This document shows, piece by piece, positions 17,115 to 27,660 of a stretch of 64,000 nt of DNA. The notes under the pieces were generated by a model, which worked only from the letters and a program-made list of their open reading frames with translations, was not told where the DNA came from and did no database searches. Numbering within the stretch: the stretch's first letter is position 1; every line of letters starts with the position of its first letter. The stretch comes from Bacteroidota bacterium. GTDB taxonomy: Bacteria; Bacteroidota; Bacteroidia; Bacteroidales; ML635J-15. Both the position numbers and the translations under genes were made by a program. Where the stretch lies: the NCBI GenBank assembly GCA_051747965.1, contig JBNJGS010000006.1, forward strand, positions 178 through 64,177, in the 5' to 3' direction.

Positions 17115-18564
17115 TTTTCTTTGCTTCCTTTTCTTTGCGTTCATGCTCATATTTCAGGAATTTTGGAATAAACTCCACATCAATCCTTTTGGCGACAATG
17201 CGTTTTTCGTCATCCAGTATATAAATTACCGGGGTTGAATAGATATCATAATTGTTCCTGAAATCGGTACGGCCATAGGGGTCCCATACATGAATAAACT
17301 CATCTATTTCCTTCTCATAGATAAACTCAGTCCACTCTTCCTTATCTACCTGTGTATAAACAGCAAACACATCAACATTGATATCCTGCAGTGTGTCCAT
17401 GTAAATTTCATGCAGACGCGGCAGGACCTTTTTACAATGTCCGCAATCGGGTTCCCAGAAGACAAGGATGGTATAATCGCCTTCGAGGGCATGCAGGGAT
17501 GCATACCTGTCATCAAAGGTTGGAACCTGCTTGATGTCAGCGGCTTTTTGTCCGATGATATTCGGTGTAATTTTAAGCACGCGCTCTTCAATTTTTGCAC
17601 GAAGGGTTGAATCTGCCCAATCCGCCTCACCGGACAAATACCAGTCTTCAGCGATGGAAACAAATACTGCATCCATACCCATCACTTTTGAAGTTTCAAA
17701 ATAATTCAGCAAATGTGAGGTCATGTATTTAAACACTTCGTAATTGGCATCCTGAGCTTCGGCAATTAAATCGTGTGCAATCGGAATTACGGAGTCCGGA
17801 ACAGGAGGAATAACAGTTTCAAAATAAGCATCTAGTTTGGGCTCAAAAATCGGTGTTCTCAGCAATCCTGCTTCTGAAAAATCGATATTATCAAAATAAT
17901 GATCCCGGTAGTATCTGTACTGAAATGCAGAATCTGACACGTTGCCTTCTTCATCGCGTGGCGGATCGGGAATCTCCGGCTCCATAATGGCGTTGATAAT
18001 GGCTCCGAATAAGGCTCCCTCATTTTCTTCAGCCACTTTTTTCATGTATGCTTTACGATTCTCACCAATCCCTTTCAGTTGATTCCTGATTTTTTCTCTT
18101 TCTTCCTTATCATCCTCAGGCAGGCTTTCCAATTCGCTTTGAAGTGTTCTTATTTCCTGCTGAAACTCCGCCATTTTTCTTTGGTATTCATTGAATACTT
18201 TATTGGCAGCGGAGCCTTTTACTTTCATATTTTCAACATAATTTTCCGTACTGGTACTGAGCTTAAACTTCTGGTCATCACCGACAAGCAACTCAAAATA
18301 TGCATTGTTTTCGGATGGCAAAACCAGGATGTAAATTCCCCGGTCCAGCGGTTCATCTCCTTCAAATACTGCATATCCATTTTCATCAGCCATTACAGTA
18401 TCCACAACAAATTTCTTTTTGCCAAAATGATGTCCCAGCATCATGGTGGTATCGGAAATCCCGTCCACCTGTATTTCAATTTTGTGTTCTTCCTGTGCAA
18501 TCAGACCGCTGCTCATCAGCAGTATCACAGCAATAATCCAGATATTACGCATCAAATGTTTCAT
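17101..18564 (-). CDS. thioredoxin-fold thiol:disulfide oxidoreductase-like protein (TlpA-like), paralog A
   Basis: 487 aa with a signal peptide. N-terminal beta domain (HKIEIQVDGISDTTMMLGHHFG), C-terminal FWEPDCGHCKK thioredoxin motif, K/E-rich tail. Confidence 0.75.
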   Translation of the reverse strand: MKHLMRNIWIIAVILLMSSGLIAQEEHKIEIQVDGISDTTMMLGHHFGKKKFVVDTVMADENGYAVFEGDEPLDRGIYILVLPSENNAYFELLVGDDQKFKLSTSTENYVENMKVKGSAANKVFNEYQRKMAEFQQEIRTLQSELESLPEDDKEEREKIRNQLKGIGENRKAYMKKVAEENEGALFGAIINAIMEPEIPDPPRDEEGNVSDSAFQYRYYRDHYFDNIDFSEAGLLRTPIFEPKLDAYFETVIPPVPDSVIPIAHDLIAEAQDANYEVFKYMTSHLLNYFETSKVMGMDAVFVSIAEDWYLSGEADWADSTLRAKIEERVLKITPNIIGQKAADIKQVPTFDDRYASLHALEGDYTILVFWEPDCGHCKKVLPRLHEIYMDTLQDINVDVFAVYTQVDKEEWTEFIYEKEIDEFIHVWDPYGRTDFRNNYDIYSTPVIYILDDEKRIVAKRIDVEFIPKFLKYEHERKEKEAKKNADG

Positions 18565-18797
18565 AACTTTTTCGTTTATTCTTAGCTTTCATTTATCAGT
18601 ATCCATTGATACAGGTTTACAAATTTACTCTTCTTTTGTTGACTCTCCTTCTTATCAAACAAAAAAAATACGTGTTCCGTTGTCCGCTTGCACAAAAAAT
18701 CTGCCAAATCCGTTTAGTGTGAAAAAATGTCACGCAATTTCTGCCGAAGCAGAAACATGCATTTTGCTCTTTTCGTTCAATTCCCTGCTTCTGTCTG

Positions 18798-21455
18798 TCA
18801 GATACTATCCCACCAGGATTGTCGTTTTTGCAGCTTCAGATCTTGCAACAGAGGCGATTTAACATTGATCTGAAAACTGTAATACCGGTTGTTTCCGAAA
18901 GGAACAAAAGCCAGGCTCATCTCCCAGCAATGCAGATCCCTGTGAATTTCAATATCCGTATAACTCACTTGCTTGTTGACAAAATCATATCCCGTATGAA
19001 AACTGATTTTCCACTTTTTGGTCAGACTCACATCCCCCCTGACACTAACGGTCTGGTTAATGGATTTTTCCTGATAGGGCTTATTATAATTCAGGGAATA
19101 ATCAAAATTAACGTTCCATGGCACACTGAAATCCACATATGAATGGGGATAACCGTACAAAAAATCATGGCTTTGATTATCTTCCTTGCTATTATCGGCA
19201 CTGAAACCAATTCCCATGCTGATGCTTGCCCTGGTTAGCCTGAGCAACTTTCCTGATTCATTGATCTCAAGCTCATTTACTCTTTTGCTGTTGCCGTTGG
19301 TATCGGTATAATAAGCATAAGGATCCATGGTAGAACTGGCATTTATATTGAGTTTACCAATTCGTGTTCTTCCCCGGACAGAAATGGGAGCCCAGTTCAG
19401 TGAGTCTGCCATAATGTTATAATTGGTGCTTAGGTTAAAACTCTCCAGCAAGGCAATATTTCTTTCATTCCTGGTAGTATCATCAGGATTGTCAACTTTC
19501 ATATCCAGCTTATTGTTCAGCGAAAAGTTCACAGAGCCGCTGCCACCTGATGGCGGAGAGCCAAAAACCCCGCCTTCAAATCGAGAATAGGTTGATCTGA
19601 CTGTGTCATATTGTCCGGTATATTCATTGTACCTGACCTCAGAGATATAGTCCTCGTAAAATCCATATTTATCATCAGAAAAATCGGGCAGATAAGAATA
19701 GGCTACACTTGGTGTGATGATGTGTCTCAGTGCTTTTATTCTATCCGATTTAAACTCAAACAATCCGTATATTTTTGTTGATAGGTTGGCTCCTGCGCGA
19801 TAATCCCACGCTCTTACAAAGCCAGACTGTTGATCACTAACAGCCCCACCATAAGTAGAATCCTCAGGATTGTACAAATTCTCATCATAATATTTATTGG
19901 TTTCTTCAAAATACCAGCGCTCTGTGTAAGTAAAGCTTGGAGAAAGAGTAAAATGCTTCAGCAATTTAAAACTTGTGTTGACCGGGACATTGTGTTTTAT
20001 ACCATTGTTGAACTGATCGAATGAAGACTGGAAAATTGAATCTTCATGTGCTGAGATGCGGTTGGTTCCGGCCATGGAATAGCTTACCCCGATTTTTTCA
20101 TAAAATCTCTGCTTTCCGGAAGCTTCCTTTCTTTTCAGGGGATAAATCCGGCTCATATTGAAACTCAGTTCCGGTAAGGTCATACTGACAGAGCTGTCCC
20201 TGGCATTCTGATTGTGCAGCAATGAAAGATTCAGAGAAAATGGTGTATTTGGCCAGTTTTTGCTGAAGTTTACGCTGGAAGTTTTTGTGTTGTTCAGCCG
20301 GTTACGTGCATTGTATGTATTGTAGCGGTCATAAGCACTGGAGCTCATATCCACACTGGCACTAAAATTTATGCTCGGATGTGCTTTGGGGTCCTGCTGG
20401 TGTTTCCACTGAAATTTATACATACGGTTTGTGCTGTAGTCCTCAAGGCCGCTGTACCCCAAAACATTTTTATTGTAATTAAAACCAAGTCTGCCGCTCA
20501 TTTTGTAACGTACTTTATAGTTTGTGGCCACACGAGCTTCCCAGCTGCCTTTGGAATAAATCCCGCCGGTGAGCAGCAGATCAAGATAATCGTTGATAGC
20601 AAAATAATACCCTCCGTTTCTCAGAAAAAATCCGCGCCGTTGCTCCTCACCATATTCCGGAATCACCACCCCGGATGTAGCACCTTTTTTGTTTGGGAAA
20701 AAACCAAAAGGAATACCCAGGGGAGTTGGGATATCTTCAAGCACAAGAAAAGCGGGACCTGCGACAATTTTATCATCCGGAATCACCTTGGCTTTTGATA
20801 TCTTAAAGTAAAAGTGCGGATGGTCAAGGTCGCAGGTGGTAAATCTTCCATCTACCATATGGATTGATTTGTCCTGCTGTCGTTTTGTTAACCCTCCGTG
20901 CATGTAGCTGCCATCCAGTTCTGTTGTAACTTCTTTTATGATGCCACGTTTCGAATCAAAATTATACCGGATGGTATCGGCTTCAAAAGTCTCATCACCC
21001 TGTTTAAACACCGGCTTTCCAACCGGATTGCCGGCAGAATCCTGTAAACCATAAGCCAGAACTTCCTTTTTATCAAGATCCACACGGATAAAATCGGCAT
21101 TCAATTGTATATCATCATATGTAATTTCGGCTTCCTTGTAAAGATAAACCAGCTTTTTCTGTACATACATTATGTTGCTGTCAACAGCATGATAATAAAC
21201 GGGATAATCAAGGCCTTCTGCTGTACTTTTTTTCTCGATGCTGTCACTTTTTGTACTGTCAGCAGACAAACTATCAGGGGAAATACTGTCAGCAAGGGGG
21301 TTAATTTCGGTAGTATCCGGAAGATAAACATTGCCAAAAACACTTGTTGGGGCAGCATAAAAATCTGCAAAAACCTGATTCAGACACGCCGTCAGCAGTA
21401 ATGCACCACCCATTGTTAACAAGCTTTTTATTATTTTTCCAAATATCTTCACCAA
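18798..21455 (-). CDS. LptD-like LPS-assembly outer membrane protein (putative)
   Basis: 885 aa with a signal peptide. N-terminal OstA-like region (IQLNADFIRVDLDKKEVLAYG). Long beta-strand-rich, aromatic-alternating C-terminal region. Its position beside amidase and mlaD is typical of Bacteroidota LptD homologs. Confidence 0.65.
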   Translation of the reverse strand: MVKIFGKIIKSLLTMGGALLLTACLNQVFADFYAAPTSVFGNVYLPDTTEINPLADSISPDSLSADSTKSDSIEKKSTAEGLDYPVYYHAVDSNIMYVQKKLVYLYKEAEITYDDIQLNADFIRVDLDKKEVLAYGLQDSAGNPVGKPVFKQGDETFEADTIRYNFDSKRGIIKEVTTELDGSYMHGGLTKRQQDKSIHMVDGRFTTCDLDHPHFYFKISKAKVIPDDKIVAGPAFLVLEDIPTPLGIPFGFFPNKKGATSGVVIPEYGEEQRRGFFLRNGGYYFAINDYLDLLLTGGIYSKGSWEARVATNYKVRYKMSGRLGFNYNKNVLGYSGLEDYSTNRMYKFQWKHQQDPKAHPSINFSASVDMSSSAYDRYNTYNARNRLNNTKTSSVNFSKNWPNTPFSLNLSLLHNQNARDSSVSMTLPELSFNMSRIYPLKRKEASGKQRFYEKIGVSYSMAGTNRISAHEDSIFQSSFDQFNNGIKHNVPVNTSFKLLKHFTLSPSFTYTERWYFEETNKYYDENLYNPEDSTYGGAVSDQQSGFVRAWDYRAGANLSTKIYGLFEFKSDRIKALRHIITPSVAYSYLPDFSDDKYGFYEDYISEVRYNEYTGQYDTVRSTYSRFEGGVFGSPPSGGSGSVNFSLNNKLDMKVDNPDDTTRNERNIALLESFNLSTNYNIMADSLNWAPISVRGRTRIGKLNINASSTMDPYAYYTDTNGNSKRVNELEINESGKLLRLTRASISMGIGFSADNSKEDNQSHDFLYGYPHSYVDFSVPWNVNFDYSLNYNKPYQEKSINQTVSVRGDVSLTKKWKISFHTGYDFVNKQVSYTDIEIHRDLHCWEMSLAFVPFGNNRYYSFQINVKSPLLQDLKLQKRQSWWDSI

Positions 21456-21513
21456 ATTGGCCTTGTTTTTGTATTTTTAAATCTGGTTCAAAACTAATTA
21501 AAATATTGCATTC

Positions 21514-22734
21514 ATGACAGCAATGCAGGCTATGAAAAAACAATTAAGAAGAACGCTTTGGCTGGCAGGTTTATTTTGCCTTCCAATCTTAATGAACGCG
21601 CAAAACTCATCCGGTGAAATAGAAATCCGGAAAGTTTGCATTGACCCCGGCCATGGTGGCAGAGACCCCGGTGCTGTGGGTTCCTTTTCCTATGAGAAGG
21701 ATCTTGTTCTTGATATGGCCCTGAAGCTGGGCGGATATATTAAAGAACATTTTCCTGATGTAGAAGTTATTTATACAAGAAAAACAGACAAGTTTGTCAA
21801 GTTATATGAGCGGGCAAAAATTGCCAACGATGCAGATGCTGACCTGTTCATCAGCATACATATCAATGCGGCAGGTTCTCCCAGGGCATACGGCACCGAA
21901 ACATTTGCCATGGGTCTTGACAAATCCGAAGCCAATCTGGCCATAGCAAAAAAAGAAAATGCAGTGATTCTCAAAGAGGAAAACTACGAGGAAAATTACG
22001 AAGGTTTTGATCCGGCCAGCCCGGAGTCGCATATTATGTTCAGCATGTTTCAGAATGCTTATCTGGATCAGAGTCTGAACCTTGCAGCCATCGTACAGGA
22101 TCAGTTCAGAGAAAGGGTTGGCCGGTTTGACCGGGGCGTAAAACAGGCAAACTTCTGGGTTTTATACAAAGTTGCCATGCCCAGTATTCTGATTGAAGCA
22201 GGGTTTATTTCCAATCCTGAAGAAGAAAAGTTCCTCAACACAGAAAACGGAATCACCTACATGTCATCAGCAATTTTCAGAGCTTTCAAAGAATATAAGA
22301 AAGCTTATGAGGCCGATAATCTGCTGGCAGGGGATGAAATCAATGACTTGATTGGTGAAAATCCTCAGGAAGATACATTGGTAGAAACGGATAGTCTGAC
22401 AGAAGAAACCAGCGGATACAGTGAAGCTGATTCCTTAGGATTACCAAGCTATCCGCCATCTGACAATGAAGATGAAATCTGTTTCAGGGTGCAGATTGGT
22501 ACAAGCAGCGAAGCCATACAAAATCCGGATAAACATTTCCCCGGAATTGATGATTTCTGGCAATATAAACACAACGGCAGCTACAAACATACTGCAGGAA
22601 AAACAACTGATTACATGGAAATTATTGAGTTACAAAAAGAATTAAAATCTCAATATAAAGGTTGTTTTATCGTTGCATTTAAAAATAAAGAACGGATAAG
22701 TGTACGTGAAGCAATAGAAGCATTAAACAAATAA
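21514..22734 (+). CDS. N-acetylmuramoyl-L-alanine amidase (Amidase_3) with C-terminal SPOR-like domain
   Basis: 406 aa. CIDPGHGGRDPGAVG, FISIHINA and ETFAMG motifs. C-terminal region ICFRVQIGTSSEAI...GCFIVAFKN resembles SPOR. Confidence 0.9.
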   Translation: MTAMQAMKKQLRRTLWLAGLFCLPILMNAQNSSGEIEIRKVCIDPGHGGRDPGAVGSFSYEKDLVLDMALKLGGYIKEHFPDVEVIYTRKTDKFVKLYERAKIANDADADLFISIHINAAGSPRAYGTETFAMGLDKSEANLAIAKKENAVILKEENYEENYEGFDPASPESHIMFSMFQNAYLDQSLNLAAIVQDQFRERVGRFDRGVKQANFWVLYKVAMPSILIEAGFISNPEEEKFLNTENGITYMSSAIFRAFKEYKKAYEADNLLAGDEINDLIGENPQEDTLVETDSLTEETSGYSEADSLGLPSYPPSDNEDEICFRVQIGTSSEAIQNPDKHFPGIDDFWQYKHNGSYKHTAGKTTDYMEIIELQKELKSQYKGCFIVAFKNKERISVREAIEALNK

Positions 22735-22736
22735 TT

Positions 22737-23783
22737 ATGGCAAAAAACCTGAGTCGAAAATATACACTCACCGGTATCCTCGTTGTACTGATACTTGGTT
22801 TTAGCTACTGGGGATTTAATTTTCTGAAAGGCAATGACCTTTTTGATGAGCAGGATACTTTTCATGTTGTTTATCAACAGGTAGAGGGATTGAATGTATC
22901 CTCTCCGGTAACAATGAACGGCTATGAAATCGGGAAAGTAAGCAATATTGGCTTCATGCCCAATACACGAGGCAAACTCATTGTGAGTCTCACCATAGAT
23001 AATGATTTCCAGATTCCGGATTCTTCCATCGCGAGGATTTACAGCAAGGATCTGATGGGAACCAAGGCTATAGCAATTGAGCGGAGCGGCAAACAAGCAC
23101 AGCATGCCTCCGGAGACACGCTGATCGGAAAAACAGAAGAAAGCCTCCGGGACCAGGTAAGCATGCAGATGCTGCCAATCAAAAACCAGGCTGAGGAACT
23201 TATGAAAGAAATGCAGACGGCCATAGAAGTAGTTGGATACATCTTTAATGAAGAAACACAAAACAATCTGAAAAACAGCTTTGCAAGCATCAAGCGTACC
23301 GTAGGATATCTGGAAACTTCCACCCAGAATCTGGATTCACTTATGACCCGGGAAAAAAGCCGTATCGCCTTGATACTTGCCAATATTGACCGGATTACGG
23401 CAAATCTTAACGAAAACGGAGAACAAATCAGCAACACAATAAACAACCTTTCTGAAATTTCTGACAGTCTGAAAGCGGTCAACATGAAACAGACCATGGC
23501 TGATGTAAATCACAGCATGCAGAACCTGGCAGAAATCACTGATAAAATCAACAATGGCGAAGGAAGCCTGGGCCTGCTCATCAACAACGATTCCCTGTAT
23601 AACGAGTTGCAGCGGGCCAGTTACAATCTTGACAGGCTGGTATGGGACATGCGTGCCAATCCTGATCGCTACATCAAACTCAGGCTTTTCGATTTACGCC
23701 GCGATGTACAGGTGATTGATGAGTCCATGCTCAACAAAAGAGACAAAAAACGCCTGGAAAAGAAAAGGGAAAGAATGGAATAA
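22737..23783 (+). CDS. MlaD/MCE family protein
   Basis: 348 aa. N-terminal TM helix, an MCE domain (GLNVSSPVTMNGYEIGKVSNI), then a long coiled-coil region. Confidence 0.85.
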   Translation: MAKNLSRKYTLTGILVVLILGFSYWGFNFLKGNDLFDEQDTFHVVYQQVEGLNVSSPVTMNGYEIGKVSNIGFMPNTRGKLIVSLTIDNDFQIPDSSIARIYSKDLMGTKAIAIERSGKQAQHASGDTLIGKTEESLRDQVSMQMLPIKNQAEELMKEMQTAIEVVGYIFNEETQNNLKNSFASIKRTVGYLETSTQNLDSLMTREKSRIALILANIDRITANLNENGEQISNTINNLSEISDSLKAVNMKQTMADVNHSMQNLAEITDKINNGEGSLGLLINNDSLYNELQRASYNLDRLVWDMRANPDRYIKLRLFDLRRDVQVIDESMLNKRDKKRLEKKRERME

Positions 23784-24989
23784 TTACTTTTCATCTTTCT
23801 TTATTTTCCATATTTCATAGCTAAGCAACAAATTAAAATTCAGTGCCGTTTTTCCATGCGCACGGATGCTCATACCCATGCTGAAATTTTCTGTCAGGCC
23901 ATAAGTGAAGCTATAGCGCTGAAAGAACTGCTTGTCCTGGTAATCTGTTCCGTAATAGGGTGCATATATATAGGTACCCCAGTGTTGAGAAAAGACAAAA
24001 TCACCCAAAATAAGTTCATGCCCTGCAAGGAATGACAACTCCCTGTAATCAACAGGCAGGTTTTCATGTTCCATCTGCTGCTTTCGCCTGTAATTGGCAT
24101 GTCCTTCCAGGCCCAGGGAAAACCCGTTGAGTCGAGATACCCGTGTGCCTGCCAGTATCATTGCCCCAATGGCAGGTTTCCCGTCCTTAATGGCATCGGA
24201 GCCTTCGCTTTTGTACATGCTTCCATATACAGAGGCACTCAGAGTGAGCAATTTCTGCCCGGCATCCTTCCCGGAAACTTCCGGAAAAATTACCGGATCA
24301 AAGGCATAACCGGCACCCAGGCCAAAAACGGGAAAATTCAGTCCCTTGTTCGGCTCTTTGATTCCAATGTTGGAAATATGATTGTATTTTGCATATGCCA
24401 TGACAAACCAGTTCCTGTTGATGTATCTGCTTAAATACAAGTCCAGATGTGTCATTATACTCAGGTGAGAACTGATAAAAAGATTTTCAGGATTGCTGTT
24501 TTCGTCAAATACTTTACTGACATAGGATGCTCCAAGACCAACACGTATGGACACGAGAACAAAGCCACTGTAATTTATAAAGGGTTCTGCAAAAACAATC
24601 AGTGATGTTGAACTTCCCAGAACCTGTGGATAATCAAAATTCACATGCATCAATGATACACCTGCTTTACTCAATGGCTCACGCAAGCTAAGGTCAGGCC
24701 TTGCAAAGAGATGAAATCCGGCTTCAATTTCCGTTCCATAGGGATGTGCAGAACTAATATCCACAACATTGCGGGAATGGGGTACAACAAAACCATAGTG
24801 TGGCTTCAAACCCACATAAAACGGATTATTGCGTCTCTCCTGCCCCCATACAGCAAAGGATATCAGAAAAACCAGAAAAAAAACAAGACCGTATTTATTT
24901 TTTGAGCATAAGAACATCACATAATAAAAATATAAAAACGACAGATTCAAGGCAAATAATACGGATGATTTATTAAACAAATCTTTCAT
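23784..24989 (-). CDS. outer-membrane beta-barrel protein, possibly acyloxyacyl hydrolase / PagL-like lipid A deacylase family
   Basis: 401 aa. Alternative start at ATG 24917 (MFLCSKNK...). KPHYGFVVPHS and the alternating aromatic/glycine strands resemble Bacteroidota acyloxyacyl hydrolase annotations. The family assignment is tentative. Confidence 0.45.
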   Translation of the reverse strand: MKDLFNKSSVLFALNLSFLYFYYVMFLCSKNKYGLVFFLVFLISFAVWGQERRNNPFYVGLKPHYGFVVPHSRNVVDISSAHPYGTEIEAGFHLFARPDLSLREPLSKAGVSLMHVNFDYPQVLGSSTSLIVFAEPFINYSGFVLVSIRVGLGASYVSKVFDENSNPENLFISSHLSIMTHLDLYLSRYINRNWFVMAYAKYNHISNIGIKEPNKGLNFPVFGLGAGYAFDPVIFPEVSGKDAGQKLLTLSASVYGSMYKSEGSDAIKDGKPAIGAMILAGTRVSRLNGFSLGLEGHANYRRKQQMEHENLPVDYRELSFLAGHELILGDFVFSQHWGTYIYAPYYGTDYQDKQFFQRYSFTYGLTENFSMGMSIRAHGKTALNFNLLLSYEIWKIKKDEK

Positions 24990-25039
24990 TTGACTGTCAT
25001 ATAAATATCAAATTACAAGCAAACAAAGTAAATACTGAG

Positions 25040-26443
25040 ATGATTAATTATACAGGAACCTATACAGACCAATACCAGCTCACGATGGCGCAAGCCTACT
25101 TTAAACAAGGCAAAGCCGATGATAAAGCTGTGTTTGATTACTTTTTCAGAAAATTGCCTTTTGAAGGTGGCTATGCCGTTTTTGCAGGCCTTAATGATTT
25201 GCTTGATATACTGGAACAACTCCATTTTGATAAAACAGAAATTGACTACCTGAAAGGTTTGGGGTTTTCAGATGACTTTCTGGACTTTCTGAAAAATTTT
25301 CGATTCCGCGGTAAGATATTCAGCAGCAGTGAGGGTGATATCGTCTTCCCGACCAGGCCTGTGCTGCAGGTAGAGGCCAGTATGATTGAAGCTCAGTTAA
25401 TTGAAACTCTCCTGCTGAATGTTCTGAATTTTCAAACCCTCATCGCCACCAAAGCAAGCAGAATGAAATTAATGGCCGGAGAAAAACAACTCGTTGATTT
25501 CGGTTTGCGCAGAGCCCAGGCTGCAGGTGGGTATTATGCCAGCAAAGCAGCAGTGGCAGGTGGTTTTAACGCCACAAGCAATGTCCGTGCAGGCATGGAT
25601 TTCAATATCCCGGTATCCGGCACCATGGCTCACAGCTTTATCCAGTCCTATGATGACGAGCTTTGTGCTTTCCGCGATTATGCCGCTACGTATCCGGATG
25701 ACTGTGTACTGCTTGTAGATACCTACGATACACTAAAAAGTGGTGTTCCCAATGCCATCAAAACAGGAAAAGAGCTGGAGAAAAAGGGACATAAACTTAA
25801 AGGCATCCGACTGGACAGTGGCGACCTGGCCTATATGGCAAAAGAAAGTCGCAGACAACTTGACAAGGCCGGTCTGGATTATGTGAAAATTGCTGCATCC
25901 AATCAACTGGATGAACACGTTATCAAAAGCCTGATGGAACAAAATGCACCCATTGATTTTTTTGGTGTAGGTACCAGTCTTGTTACCGGTAATCCTGACG
26001 CTGCACTTGACGGTGTGTACAAATTATCATTCGCCGGAGGAAAACCACGGCTTAAACTCTCAGAAAATGTGGAGAAAATCACTCTGCCACACATGAAACA
26101 AGTATACCGCCTTATGGGTACTGATGGCAATTTTCTGGGCGCAGATGTCGTCAGCCTTAGAGATGAAAAAGATGTTGAAGAGATGTTTCATCCACACATC
26201 AGGGATAAAAGTATGAATATTGAAAACTGTCAAAAAGAAGCAATTCTGAAACCGGTGATGGAACATGGCAAACGACTCAAAGCCGGAGACAGTCTGGATG
26301 AGATTGCAAAATTCAGTCAGTCACAACTAAAAAAATTGCCCGACGAGTACAAACGTTTTACCAATCCGCATATATACAAAATTGGCATAAGTAAAGCTTT
26401 GCAGAAAGAACGCAATAAACTCATAGAAGCACACAATCAATAA
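25040..26443 (+). CDS. pncB: nicotinate phosphoribosyltransferase
   Basis: 467 aa. YTDQYQLTMAQAYF N-terminus, FGLRRAQ, GTMAHSFIQ and GIRLDSGD motifs. Confidence 0.93.
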   Translation: MINYTGTYTDQYQLTMAQAYFKQGKADDKAVFDYFFRKLPFEGGYAVFAGLNDLLDILEQLHFDKTEIDYLKGLGFSDDFLDFLKNFRFRGKIFSSSEGDIVFPTRPVLQVEASMIEAQLIETLLLNVLNFQTLIATKASRMKLMAGEKQLVDFGLRRAQAAGGYYASKAAVAGGFNATSNVRAGMDFNIPVSGTMAHSFIQSYDDELCAFRDYAATYPDDCVLLVDTYDTLKSGVPNAIKTGKELEKKGHKLKGIRLDSGDLAYMAKESRRQLDKAGLDYVKIAASNQLDEHVIKSLMEQNAPIDFFGVGTSLVTGNPDAALDGVYKLSFAGGKPRLKLSENVEKITLPHMKQVYRLMGTDGNFLGADVVSLRDEKDVEEMFHPHIRDKSMNIENCQKEAILKPVMEHGKRLKAGDSLDEIAKFSQSQLKKLPDEYKRFTNPHIYKIGISKALQKERNKLIEAHNQ

Positions 26444-26455
26444 AAAGCAAACTGT

Positions 26456-27073
26456 ATGAATACACTGATAATTATTGATGCTCAAAACGACTTCATGCCC
26501 GGAGGCAGCCTTGCTGTGCCAGATGGAGACAAAATAATTCCGATAATCAATGCATTGCAGGAACATTTTGATTTAGTTATTGCCACCCAGGACTGGCACC
26601 CGGAAGATCACGGCAGTTTTGCCTCTGCCCATGCCGGAAAACAGGCATTTGACAAAACACAACTCAATGGCCTGGAACAAATCCTCTGGCCCGACCATTG
26701 TGTACAAAAAAGCAAAGGAGCCGATTTTCATCCTGATCTGGAACAGGCTTCCATAGAGGCCATATTCCGGAAAGGCATGGACCCGGGCATTGACAGTTAC
26801 AGCGGGTTTTACGACAACGGACACAAAAAAAACACCGGTCTGACCGGATATCTGCGTGAACGTGGTGCAAAAGAATTGTATTTCTGTGGACTGGCGGCTG
26901 ATGTTTGTGTGCAATACTCTGTCAGAGATGCCATCAGGGAAGGCTTTTCTGCCAGATTGATAACCGATGCCACACGTGCCATAGATGATGATGCTTTTAA
27001 AGATATCAGACAGGAGCTGAAAGAAAAGGGATGCAGAATGATGCAGTCTGATGAGCTAATCCGTTCCACGTAA
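26456..27073 (+). CDS. pncA: nicotinamidase/pyrazinamidase
   Basis: 205 aa. LIIIDAQNDFMPGGSLAV, QDWHPEDH, and the catalytic Cys context FCGLAADVCV. Confidence 0.92.
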   Translation: MNTLIIIDAQNDFMPGGSLAVPDGDKIIPIINALQEHFDLVIATQDWHPEDHGSFASAHAGKQAFDKTQLNGLEQILWPDHCVQKSKGADFHPDLEQASIEAIFRKGMDPGIDSYSGFYDNGHKKNTGLTGYLRERGAKELYFCGLAADVCVQYSVRDAIREGFSARLITDATRAIDDDAFKDIRQELKEKGCRMMQSDELIRST

Positions 27074-27147
27074 AAGGCAAAATGCAATAAATACGATATG
27101 GATAAATATTTTGTGATGCCCGGAAGAATGCAAACAATTATGAGAAG

Positions 27148-27660
27148 ATGAAAAACATTTCACTCATTATTATAATAACACTGCTTATGTTTTCATGCAA
27201 ATCTACAAATGTACCAACCCGTGCAAAATCGGTCGATCTGGAAAAATATGCCGGCACCTGGTATGAAATCGCAAGATATCCTGTCAGCTTTGAGGAGGGC
27301 TGTTCCTGTGTAACTGCTACATATAAGCCCGGAGGCAGATATGTCCGTGTAATCAACAGATGTAAAAAAAACGGAGAATCCAGGGATATCAAAGGCAAGG
27401 CTTTCCCGGTCAAAGGCAGTAAGAATACCAGGCTAAAGGTCCAATTTTTCTGGCCGTTCAGGGCAGGATACTGGATTATTGGCCTGGATGATGAATATCA
27501 GTGGGCCCTGGTCGGCAGCCCGTCAAAAAAATATTGCTGGATTTTGGCCCGTGACAAAACCATCTCCACAGAAGAGCTGAAGTACATCACTGATATCATG
27601 CATGCTGAGGGATATGATAAAAACCGTTTACATTTCACAAAACATAATTGCCATGAGTAA
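27148..27660 (+). CDS. blc: bacterial lipocalin (outer membrane lipoprotein Blc)
   Basis: 170 aa. Lipobox MFSC. The [12 protein letters not shown] motif is diagnostic of bacterial lipocalins. Confidence 0.9.
   Translation: MKNISLIIIITLLMFSCKSTNVPTRAKSVDLEKYAGTWYEIARYPVSFEEGCSCVTATYKPGGRYVRVINRCKKNGESRDIKGKAFPVKGSKNTRLKVQFFWPFRAGYWIIGLDDEYQWALVGSPSKKYCWILARDKTISTEELKYITDIMHAEGYDKNRLHFTKHNCHE

Noticed and set aside
22650-23261. 203-aa minus-strand ORF across the amidase/mlaD junction. Similar antisense ORFs occur at 2491-3159 and 14837-15463.
   Set aside because: All lie opposite confidently identified genes and lack motifs, so I treat them as non-coding shadow frames.
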